From NCBI RefSeq assembly GCF_026571515.1, contig NW_026854834.1, positions 1-64,000 of the forward strand: a stretch of 64,000 bases of DNA, given 5' to 3'. Below the pieces are notes generated by a model. It was given only the letters and a program-made list of their open reading frames with translations, was not told the DNA's origin and searched no databases. Shown one piece after another: positions 12,940 to 24,141 of this stretch. The stretch is from Ruditapes philippinarum. Taxonomy: Eukaryota. The translations under genes were made by a program, and so were the position numbers. Every line of letters starts with the position of its first letter. Within the stretch, counting starts at the first letter, position 1.

Positions 12940-13710
12940 TACTTATTTCCGGTAATTTATTGTTCTTTCCTTTTAGGTAATTTGTTGCTCTTCTTTCCTT
13001 TTAGTTATATATTGCTCTCTCCTTTTAGTTATTTGTTGCTCTTTTTTCCTTTTAGTTATTTGTTGCTCTTCTTTCCTTTTAGTTATTTGTTGCTCCTTTT
13101 TCCTTTCAGTTATTTGTTGCTATTCTTTCCCTTTACTTATTTATTTGTTGCTCTTTTTTCCTTGCTATTCTTTCCTTTTTGGTAATTTGTTGCCTTTTAC
13201 ACAAAATTCAAGTTACTTGTTGCTCCTCTGCTCTGGTAGTTATTTGAGGCGCTTGTTTACTTTTAGGCAATTTGCTTTGAGGTAATTTGTTACTCTTCTT
13301 TCCTTTTACTTATTTGTTGCTCTTCTTTCTTTTTGCGTAATTTGTTGTAAGTTATTTGTTGTTCTTCTTTCCTTTAAGCTATTTCTTGTTCTTCTTCCCT
13401 TTTAGTTATTTGTTGCTCTTCTTTCCATTGAGTTATTTTTGAGCTTCTCCTTTTCTTTAAGGTAATTTTTTGCGTTTCTTTCCTTTTAGTTATTTGCTGT
13501 TTTTCTTACCTTTTAGTTATTTGTCGCTCTTCTTTCCTTTTTTTTGCTCTTCTTCTCTTTCTTTTAGGTAATTATTTGCTCTTCTTTCCTTTAAGTTATT
13601 TGATGCCCTTCTTTCATTTTAGTTATTTGTTGCTTTTCTTCTTCCCTTATAGGTAATTTGTTGTTCTTCTGACGTTTTATCGTTTCTTGCTCTTTTTCCT
13701 TTTATTTATT
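12940..13710. repeat. Degenerate ~27-30-bp pyrimidine-rich minisatellite
   Basis: Tandem TTAGTTATTTGTTGCTCTTCTTTCCTT units. Confidence 0.9.
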
Positions 13711-14589
13711 TTGAACGATTTTTTTACGAGTCGAGAGGACTAGAAATCACCTTCCTGTTGTTGTTTCTCGTACTGGTCAGCATGGTGGCTAAAATCTGTA
13801 GATTAAAAATGAAAAAAAAATGAACAAAATGTTATTTAAAATAATGACAAAACATAGTGGTATTATTTTATCATTGATTTTTCCCCCTTTTGTTGAACGC
13901 CTGATTTTACAAGCGCATGTAGATTTTTACATTTTGATACATGAATTGTGTCTCGAACTTTAAAAACTGAATAAATTACAAACACATCTTTTATGTTAAC
14001 CTTTTAATAGAATTTAACTTAACTTTAATTTTATTATTTCAAGTGTATTTTACGGTTTACTCAAACCTTAAGGAAAATATTTCAACTAAAAATTAATTTC
14101 ATATTATCATCTCGTTAACTTTAAATAGTTTTTCTATATTTATAAATATTTCTATTACTTTACCTAATAATGCTTCGATACTTTTCATTGAAAACCTTTT
14201 CGGACTGGTTTGAATAGCATTAATGCAATGTTTCTTTACATGTATTGAAATGTTAGTATGAAAGATCGCGTGTTTCATCTATATAATTGCGTATTTAAAT
14301 TGACTTAACCTTGTCAATTAAATGTTACTTTTGGGTGGATTATTTCAGTATCTCTGACTTTCTCACGTGTCAGTGAAATTACAAAATTGCTTCATTTAGA
14401 AAAAACAGATAACGGTTACACGGGAAGAGACTTTTAAGTATACTGTACTATTAAAACAACTTTGAGGTGTTATTAAAATGTGAATAGTCCACAAAATAGG
14501 TTAAAAAACTGAAAATGGCTTAAATTAAGATAGATTTAAGATGCAAATAATGAAATATCCTACTGAAGGGTCCAAGCTTCAGTTTGTAT

Positions 14590-15790
14590 AAAGTGTAACC
14601 ACCGGTACCGTGGGTTAAAAATAGTAAGGTGTAACCACCGGTACCGTGGGTTTAAAATTGTAAGGTGTCACCACTGGGGGTATATGATGCTGCTACAGTT
14701 AGTGTAATGTGTAACCACAGGGGTTGTATGATGGTATTACATTGAGTGTAAGGAGTAACCACAGGGGGTTTATGATGGTACTATAACGAGTGTAAGGTAT
14801 AACCACAGGGGGTGTATAATGGTACTATAACGAGTGTAAGGAGTAACCACAGGGGGTTTATGATGGTACTATAACGAGTGTAAGGTATAACCACAGGGGG
14901 TGTATAATGGTATTACATTGAATGTAAGGAGTAACCACCGTTGGTTTATGATGGTATTACATTGAGTGAAAGGTGTAACCACCGGGTGTATAATGGTATT
15001 ACATTGAGTGTAAGGAGTAACCACCGTTGGTTTATGATGGTATTACATTGAGTGAAAGGTGTAACCACCGGGTGTTTATAATGGTATTACATTGAGTGTA
15101 AGGTGTAACCACCGGGTGTTTATGATGGTATTACATTGAGTGTAAGGTGTAACCACCGTTGGTTTATGATGGTATTACATTGAGTGTAAGGTGTAAACAC
15201 CGGGTGTTTATGATGGTATTACATTGAGTGTAAGGTGTAACCACCGGGGGTTTGTGATGATACTATAACGAGTGTAAAGTGTAACCACCGGAGGATAAAG
15301 ATGCTTCTTCAGTGAATGTAAGGTGTAACCATCAGGGGTTTATGATGGTATTACATTGAGTGTAAGGTGTAACCAACGGGGGTTTATGACGGTATTACAT
15401 TGAATGTTAGGTGTAACCACCAGGGGTTTAAGTCTTTAAGATGGTTTTACATTGAGGGTAAGGTGTAACCACCGGGGGTTTATGATGATATTACAATGAG
15501 TGTAAGGTGTAACCACCGTGGTTTATGATGGTATTACATTGAGAGTAAGGTGTAACCACGTGATTTATGATGGTTTTTACATTGAGTGTAAAGTGTAACC
15601 ACCGGGGGTTTATGGTGGTATTACATTGAGTGTAAGGTGTAACCACCGGGGGTTGAAGATGGTATTACATTAAATGTTAGGTGTAACCACCGGGGGTTTA
15701 TGGTGATGTAACATTGAGTGTTAGTTGTAACCACCGTGGTTTATGATGGTATTACATTGAGTGTAAGGTGTTACCACCGGGGGTTTAAGA
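14590..15790. repeat. 44-bp minisatellite
   Basis: Tandem GTGTAACCACCGGGGGTTTATGATGGTATTACATTGAGTGTAAG. The period is 44 (GTAACC at 15061 and 15105), with roughly 27 units. Confidence 0.95.
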
Positions 15791-15798
15791 TGACATTA

Positions 15799-16206
15799 AG
15801 CTGCGGTCTCACTTACTCCCGGCAGAGACCAGGACCATCCCGGTAAGTTACCGGGATGATCAAGGACGATCCGGGGTAAAATTATTGTTGCGGTCACACT
15901 TACCCCGGCAGCACTACGGTAGTTCCCAACTAACCACCCAGGATGCGCTCCGGATCATCCAGGCAGAGCCCAGGTGAAGCTACGGTTCTTGCCGGTGCTT
16001 CCCCGGTCGTTCCCGGATGACGCCAGAAGAGCCCCGGTAGACCCAGGCAGAGCCCCCGGTAGAACCCCGGTGGATTGAAAACGCCCGAAAATGATAACAT
16101 TGATACATAATTTTTATTTAATATAATATCTATTGTTCAAGAATAGTAATTCATGATGATTTTCTGAAAAATCCTTATGCCATACTGGATAGAAGGGAAA
16201 TGGGAA
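15799..16206 (+). mobile_element. 5' part of a PIF/Harbinger-type MITE, interrupted by a foldback element
   Basis: Nearly identical to 45158-45617 except for an internal deletion. It begins AGCTGCGGTCTCACTTACTCCCGGCAGAG after TTA. Only a few homologous bases continue after 18373. Confidence 0.85.
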
Positions 16207-17483
16207 ATGTTCGTGAAGTTGGCAGCCTAGCAGCCTAGCAGCCCAGCAGCCTGAAGTTGGCAGCCTAGCAGCCTAGCAGCCTGGCAGCCTAGCAGCCTAA
16301 AGAAAATTAAGAATAGTACAAACATGAAATCGTCGGATATGAATCGGAAGCACATACTTAGACCATTGCACGTCTTATTTCAGTATCGCGATATAACTTC
16401 GTTTTTTTTATTTTGACGCTTCGAAATTTGTGAAGTAAGAAAACTAAGGAAAATACAAACATGTAAACCGTCGGAAATGAGTCGGTAGCACATACTTAGA
16501 CTATTCCACGTCTTTTTTCAGTATCGCGAACTTTATTTTTTTAGATATTGAACTTTGTTTGTTTTTGTTTTTGTTTTTTTGACACTTCGAAATTTGTAAA
16601 GTTAGCAGCCTAGCAGCCTAGCAGCCTAGCAGCCTAACAGCCTAGCAGCCTGGCAGCCTGGCAGCCTAGCAGCCTAAAGAAAACTAAGGACAATTCAAAC
16701 ATGTAAACCGTCGGAAATGAGTCGGTAGCACATACTTAGACTATTCCACGTCTTTTTTCAGTATCGCGAACTTTATTTTTTTTAATATTGAACTTTGTTT
16801 TTTTCACTCTTCGAAATTTGTGAAGTTAGCAGTCTAGCAGCCTGGCAGCCTAGCAGCCTGGCAGCCTAGCAGCCTAGCAGCCTAGCAGCCTAAAGAAAAC
16901 TAAGGATAATACAAACGAAATGAGTCGGTAGCACATACTTAGACCACTCAACGTTTTATTTCAGTATCGCGATCTTTATTTTTTTAAATATTGAATTTTA
17001 TTTTATTTTTCATTCTGACGCTTCGAAATTTGCGGGATTAAACATGTTTTCGAATAACGTAGGAAGTAGTCTTAATCTTAACATTTTCGCGGCTAATAAT
17101 GTCGCTGTCTATGGACAATAAGCGACGTCATGTGACTTATTTATGATATGCTATTTTGTATGTATATGTTTATAATGAAGTTGACGATGTTCAACGCATA
17201 TTTATTTTAGGTCTGTAAAGATAAATCGGTTGAAATGTAAAGAGATATACAATGCATATGTTTAAACGGACACATTAATGAACATAAAGATTATCTGAAC
17301 TTAAGAACAATACCCATTTGATCAATAGCCGCGATACTGAAAAAAGACGTGGAATAGTCTAAGTATGTGCTACCGACTAATTTCCGACGGTTTTCATGTT
17401 TGTATTATCCTTTGTTTTCTTTAGGCTGCTAGGCTACCAGGCTGCTGGCTGCTAGGCTGCTAACTTCACAAATTTCGATGTGT

Positions 17484-17518
<35 letters not shown>

Positions 17519-17922
17519 AAAGTTCAATATTTAAAAAAAAATAAAGTTCGCGATACTGAAATAAGACGTGGAATAGTCTAAGTACATGTGCTACCGACCC
17601 ATTTCCGACAGTTTTTCATGTTTGTATTATCCTTTGTTTTCTTTAGGCTGCCAGGCTGCTAGGCTGCTAGGCTGCTAACTTCACAAATTTCGATGTGTCA
17701 AAAAAAGACAAAAACAAAAAAAACAACAACAAAAAACAAAGTTCAATATTTAAAAAAATAAAGTTCGCGATACTGAAATAAGACGTGGAATAGTCTAAGT
17801 ACATGTGCTACCGACTCATTTCCGACAGTTTTCATGTTTGTATTATCCTTTGTTTTCTTTAGGCTGCCAGGCTGCCAGGCTGCCAGGCTGCTAGGCTGCT
17901 AACTTCACAAATTTCGAAGTGT

Positions 17923-17954
<32 letters not shown>

Positions 17955-18364
17955 AGAAAAAAAAACAAAGTTCAATATTTAAAAAAAATAAAGTTCGTGA
18001 TACTGAAAAAAGACGTGGAACAGTCTAAGTACATGTGCTACCGACTCATTTCCGACGGTTTTCATGTTTGTATTATCCTTTGTTTTCTTTAGGCTGCTAG
18101 GCTGCTAGGCTGCCAGGCTGCTAGGGTGCTAGGCTGCTAACTTCACAAATTTCGAAGCGTCAAAATAAAAAAAAACAAAGTTCAATATTTAAAAAAATAA
18201 AGATCGAGATACTGAAATAAGACGTGCAATGGTCTAAGTATGTGCTTCCGATTCATATCCGACGATTTCATGTTTGTACTATTCGTAGTTTTCTTTAGGC
18301 TGCTAGGCTGCTAGGCTGCCAACTTCAGGCTGCTGGGCTGCTAGGCTGCCAACTTCACGAACAT
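16207..18364. mobile_element. Foldback-type (Mutator-like) non-autonomous element, 2158 bp
   Basis: Termini ATGTTCGTGAAGTTGGCAGCC / GGCTGCCAACTTCACGAACAT. The 9-bp TSD AAATGGGAA is at 16198-16206 and 18365-18373. The arms (~16207-17033, ~17330-18364) are inverted arrays of ~180-240-bp modules containing (GCAGCCTA)n. The spacer is ~300 bp with no ORF. Confidence 0.9.
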
Positions 18365-18603
18365 AAATGGGAAGGGTTTTTATACATCGCAAAATGTGGT
18401 ATAAGTTTTCATCTATAAACATGCAGACCGATCTCTTGATTATTTATAATTCAATGTAATACATTTTAAAAGTATATCGACATTTCAATACTTTAAACTA
18501 TCAATTCATAACAGGTGTTTTTGTATTGTTAACTAGATAAATTAAATGTCATAAATGCTTAATCCTATTGAAGTTGTCGACATTTTGTATACAGCAACCA
18601 ATG

Positions 18604-18675
18604 TAGTCTGGATTACCTGCCCTTTTCTCTCCGTTCAATAGTACTAAATTTTATAGTACGACGGGAACCAGACTA
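18604..18675. mobile_element. 72-bp non-autonomous DNA transposon (AcademH-like)
   Basis: TIR TAGTCTGG/CCAGACTA with a perfect 9-bp TSD CAACCAATG (18595-18603, 18676-18684). The family assignment is inferred from TAG..CTA termini plus the 9-bp TSD. Confidence 0.75.
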
Positions 18676-18879
18676 CAACCAATGAAGAAGGGCGATAAAT
18701 TTTGGGCTCCTTATATACTGTTTTCATACAAGTTTCTTCCCTTTGATGAATATATTTTTGTATCGAAATATATAAACGTCACGTGACAGCATTATCCCGA
18801 CATACGCGTGATTGTCGGCGTCTGTGTCCTGCTCAGTGATTCAGATTGGTAAATTACTTTGAAGAAGTGTATAATTCAT

Positions 18880-19790
18880 CGTAAAAAAACATCGTTTCCT
18901 CAAACATCATTCTTCTGATCCCATTGCAGATTCATTTTATTTACCCTTGGAGGGTCTTCTTTGCACAATATAAGGCTTAAAGTCCTGACCAAAGCAATTT
19001 GTTTCGGAGATTACCGCCCGGCATGGTCATTTTTGGACCGGCAATTTGTTCTTTCTGTATATAAATTTAAAACATTTTCGTAAAAAACACCCTTTTCTCG
19101 AGCCAACCGGTAAAATACCATTTGTCAGATTCCGTTGCGGACTTTTATTTTTGTATTAGAGTGAAGAGTCTTCTTTGCACAGTATGAGGACCAAAGCCCT
19201 TACTCAAGCCATATGATCGGGACAGTTCCGTTTTTTTGACCGGCTATTTGTTATTTATGTGTATAAACTTTAAATTTTTCGTTAAAAAACCAACACCATG
19301 TTCTCGAGCCAACTGTTAAAACGCCATCGTTGCAAACTCGGTTTTGTACTCTTTTTGAGGGCTTCTTTGCACAATATGAGGACAATAGCCCGAACCCAAG
19401 CAATATTTTCGGGAGATTTCCGCGTGGCATGGTCTTTTTTTTTTTTGACCGGCGATTTGTTCTTTCTAAATATAAAGTGTATCAATTTTCGTAAAAAAAA
19501 ACAACAACATATTCTGGAGCCAACTTTTAATTAAAACATCTTTTTTTCTTATCTCATTGCGGATTCGTTTTTGTATTAGATGGCGGGACTTCTTTGCACA
19601 ATATGAGGACCAAAATCCTAGCCCAGTCAATGTGCCCGGGAGATTTTCGCGCGGCATGGTCGTTTTTTGTACCGGCTTTTTGTTCTTTCTGCATCTAAAA
19701 ATATAAAATTTCATTGAAAAAACACCATTTGTCTGATTCTGTTGCGGATTCGTTTTTGTATTAGTTGGAGGGTCTTCTTTGCACAATTTT
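18880..19790. repeat. Degenerate ~200-bp tandem repeat (about 4.5 units)
   Basis: Anchor CTTCTTTGCACA recurs at ~18956, 19170, 19362, 19589 and 19774, with shared GGCATGGTC..TTTTTGACCGGC segments. Confidence 0.8.
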
Positions 19791-20505
19791 AAATATGATA
19801 ACTCTCGACAGGAGATCTGTAAACTGTTGAACTACATTGTATATGGTAACTCAATCAAAAGTTACCATCGTAAATATTACAGGATTTGTTCTGTATTATT
19901 CTGATATTGTAACTCTTAATAATTGTCAACGTAAATATTATTGGAATTAATCTGCATGATTCTGGTATGTTAACTTTGTCAACAGTTGTCACCTTAAATA
20001 TAAAAGGCATACTTCTGTATTATTCCGTTCTGGTATGGTAACTCTGTAACAGTTGTCAACGTATTGCATGCGTTTACTGAATGACTGATTTTGCAGTATT
20101 TATCACTATATTTCTACTGCGTGACTAACGCAGTAAGGACTATTTTTGCATATTTATTGTAATAATTTTATTTGGTAACTTACTTGGATTGAAAGTGCCG
20201 TTTGCATTGTGTAAATAATTTTATTTGTTCGTATGAAAATATCCTATATTTTGACACATTTTAAAAACTTTTATGACAATATCAATCTGGATGCGTGCTG
20301 CTTAAACAGTGGCAATAACAGGGTGATTAGATATTATTTTAACAATGATAACAACGGCGTATTCTAAGAATAATAACAATGGCGCGATGTCATTGTAATA
20401 CCAGTTTCAATGAAGAGAACACTTTCTAACAACGGCGGGAGCGGGCTATGACACTATGGCGGGATGTTGTTTTTTTTAACAATATGCATGTATAACTATA
20501 CACAT

Positions 20506-21482
20506 TTTTAGCTAATAGTATCAAAGTGGGATGCTCCGGCGTCCTTCGTCCGTCGACATGCGTCAACATTCAACTTCTTCTCTGAAACTGCTTGACAAAT
20601 GTATTTTAAATTTGGTCAGTAGCATCCTTGTGACAGTCACACTTAAACTTGCTCATATCATTTCAAGTGGTCCCTTTTAGGGGCCTCTAGAGCTCAAAAT
20701 AGAGAAACGAAACCTTTAAACATCTTCTTCAAATTAACTCATTGATTGATGATCACCAAACTTTGTATGCAGCATTCTAAGATGGTCTGTTAATTTGATT
20801 GGCCCCTTGAAGGTGCCTCTGGAGCTAAAAATAGAAACACCTTTTAACATCTTCTTCTACTGAAATAATTGATGGATGATCACCAACATTTGTCTGTAGC
20901 ACTTTTGGGTAGTTTTTAATCAAAGTTGCTCACAATATTTGATCGGTCCCTTTTTAAGGGGTCACAAAAGCTTAACACATTAAAACCTTTTAAACATTTT
21001 TTTCTTCTAAATTAATTGATGGATGATCACCAAACTTTTCGGTAGCCTTCTTGGATGGTCGGTTATTAACTTTGTTCAAATTAATTTGATTGGCCGCTTC
21101 CTGTGGCTGCTAAAGCTAAAATAGAAAAACCTTTAAACATCTTCTACTGAATTAATATATTGATCGATGGATGATCACCAAACTTTGTCTTTTGCATTCT
21201 TAGTGGGATATTTATACACGTTTGTTCAAATCAATTTGATTAGCCCCTTTTAGAGGCCGCTAGAGCTGAAATAGAAAACCCTTAAAATAGCTTATACTTA
21301 AGAAATTAATGGATGAGCAGCAAGCCTTGTCTTTAAAATATTTAGAAGAAGAAAAAACAATCAGTGTTGGGGAAATGTTATAACTAGATGGGCAAGTTGA
21401 AGTTGAGCTGGACTTGCCTTTCGAACACTGACAAAACAGTTGCTTCTGGTGAGCGGTTCAGGGCCATCGTGACCCTCTTGTT
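20506..21482 (+). mobile_element. Helentron-associated non-autonomous element (HINE-like) with internal ~120-bp tandem repeats
   Basis: 5' TTTTTAGCT, short (CGTC)n tract, tandem units containing GATGATCACCAAACTTTG and GAGCTAAAAATAGAAA, 3' GGTGAGCG..AGGGCCATCGTGACCCTCTTGTT hairpin end. Confidence 0.7.
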
Positions 21483-24141
21483 TTGTTTCATTCAATTTTA
21501 ATGCAGTGGCAACGAAGTGTTGGGAATGTTATTTCATCGATGATTACTTTATTATTGTGTTATGAAGATTTATGAGAGATATTGAATGAACTATAAACGT
21601 AAATATAAATTTTTCACTTTCATCTTTATACCGTCTTTTGTCAAATATATTTGATTTGTTTGGCCGAAAAAGGAAACCGTTTTGTTAATTTTAAACACAA
21701 TACAAATAGCACAACGTAACTTTATTATTTGGCACCAAATTTAGATGTTACAAACCGCAAACTTGACTTGACTCGTCTACTCAAGACGTGGCTTGAATGG
21801 ATACATTAAAAAGCAGGGTTAAAAGCCTACAGTACTCATTTTATTCATGAACTTGTTCTACCCCAAACTAAAAGAGACGATTTATTACCATTTCAATTAT
21901 CAACGTAATATTTAAAAAAAATCAGTGAATACTAGTAGTCATTCTGGCTCTTTCAAGATATTTCTTTTGTTAAAAGAAATTATCAAACTTTGGTCCTATG
22001 AAAAGAAAGAGGCAATCATGTCAAAGTTGGTAAAAACCAGTTATTCGGACGCTTGAACCTATAATTAAGACATATAATCGGTTTCAAGCGCATGCGAACT
22101 AAATGTAGGGCGTTTTTGCTTACAATTGCGAAATACACGTTTGTAAACATTAATTATATTTGCAATGCGTATTAAGCTTTTGAATTATGACTAAATTATT
22201 CTCAAATTCAGAAAGTAAACAAGCTAAAATGTATGTTACAAACACACTTTGATATTTAATACAAGGTTACGGTATTAATTCTTTCGTAATGTCAAAAAAA
22301 AGATATTCAAGAAGGGAACGAAAATTGAAAAGTCAACAATATATAATATGTCATGTTAAGATGTATTATTATCTCACATAAGGTAGAAATTTGTCACTCA
22401 AGAAAACCTAATAACAGGAATCAAATAGTACTATGAAAATCGTTGAATTAGTAATTAAATGATTATTTATTTCCATATTTTTTATCATTATGAATATTCA
22501 AATTATAAAGTTTATCTAAAATAAGATAGGGTAGAATGTGAAGTCTTGTCGAAACTGAAATCAGTGCGCGTAAAACCGAAAATCTTTTCATCATTCCGGA
22601 GTAAACCTGTGCTTGTAATCTTTGCATGTTAAGTAAGAATGGACAAACACATAGTGAAAATGTTTTAAGTATTTCGAAAATGCATTGATTGGCAGAGAGA
22701 ATCAGTAATATGTAAACCAGTCAATTTGTTGTAATACACAGTAATGTCATTCTCTACTTCCGGTTTGTGAAAGAAATTAAATAATGTACATTTATTTTAA
22801 CACCATTTGAAATAACATCATTAAAAGCTACTTTCAAACTAGCACAGTTAGGAGTATGAGTTATAATACACGTGTCAACAAGTCGTTTGATAAAAATTTC
22901 ACAAAATCGTTTCACGACATCTGTTAGTAAGTATCTTTCAGTATTTTCAGGTACTAACGAATACTTTTACTTAAGCGGGTATTGTCGAGTTTACTTAAAG
23001 GCAGCTTTGGGGCTTATAAGTAGTACCCAGTACAACAATAATCCCAACAACACATTCGGAACACATCGCCCATTATTCATTGACAAAAAGAGCTCTTAAA
23101 GTTGCGATTGCAACAACGAAGCAACGAATATAGTTAAACCACGTGACTTAAAACGTGTTTGATCCAGTCAGTACGCACAGTTTACCCTTGAGAACCAAGT
23201 TATTCCCATTGATACGTGTAAACAAATACATTCTATTTTTGTAATGTAAAATGATATTTACTAAAATACTGTCTTTAATTTTAGCCTTTTAAGGTCTTGT
23301 GCACGGAATTCAACTTTTTGGTAACTTTTTGTTTGCATTTCTTTGTTAGCTTCAGATTACTTATTTACCTACCGATTTCCGTCATCTTTATTGTTGATAC
23401 GTTAAATAAATAGCCAACAACACTGACATTGACTGACATTGACTGTAAATGTTGACACAAGTGATGATTGTGAAATTGATTGACACCTTTAAGTCGGTGA
23501 CCACTGACGTCATCATTGAAATTAATTCTATTAAAATGTCTACTTAAATTACATGTTTTCTGTGTATAGGGAATTTATGAATAAATATCTGTGTATATAT
23601 ACATGTTACCAGATATACAATATTTTTAAAGCTTTACATCGGACAGTCCCAGTTTATCAAACAAATATTGGCATTTTATCAAAGTGAACAGGCTATGCAA
23701 GAAAGTGTGTGTGTTCCGTGAGGGACTGGGGGCGTGGGACTGTAAATATAAAAATGCCATAGACATCTTATTAATAACGATTCATTTCGTTCTTTTTATT
23801 TACAAGTACATAATAAATTCTTTGTGGAAATTTGTCGACAAGGACCATTCCTAATGGACATATCTTAATAAAAGTTTTGACTGTTTTGAGATGCATTGCA
23901 TCAAAATGACGTCAGTTACGACGTAACTATCGATGAAAGCCAAATGAGATTTTTCTTATTTACGTCTCTGGTGTTTTTGCCTATCACTCAATTTATAGGC
24001 AACCGTCATTTTTTGTTAGTTAGCTACTCAAAGGATTTCAATATATTCTCGCATTATGAGTCATGACGTCATCCTATCTTATGTATAACAAATACATGCG
24101 TCAGATGTGATAAAATTTACATCTCTTTTCATTTTTTGAGT

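Noticed and set aside
12919-13185. Hydrophobic repeat ORF (FPFSYLLLF)n as a membrane protein
   Set aside because: It is the translation of a pyrimidine-rich minisatellite.
14590-15790. CRISPR-like appearance of the 44-bp and 33-bp arrays
   Set aside because: Units are contiguous with no unique spacers, there are no cas genes, and the context is eukaryotic.
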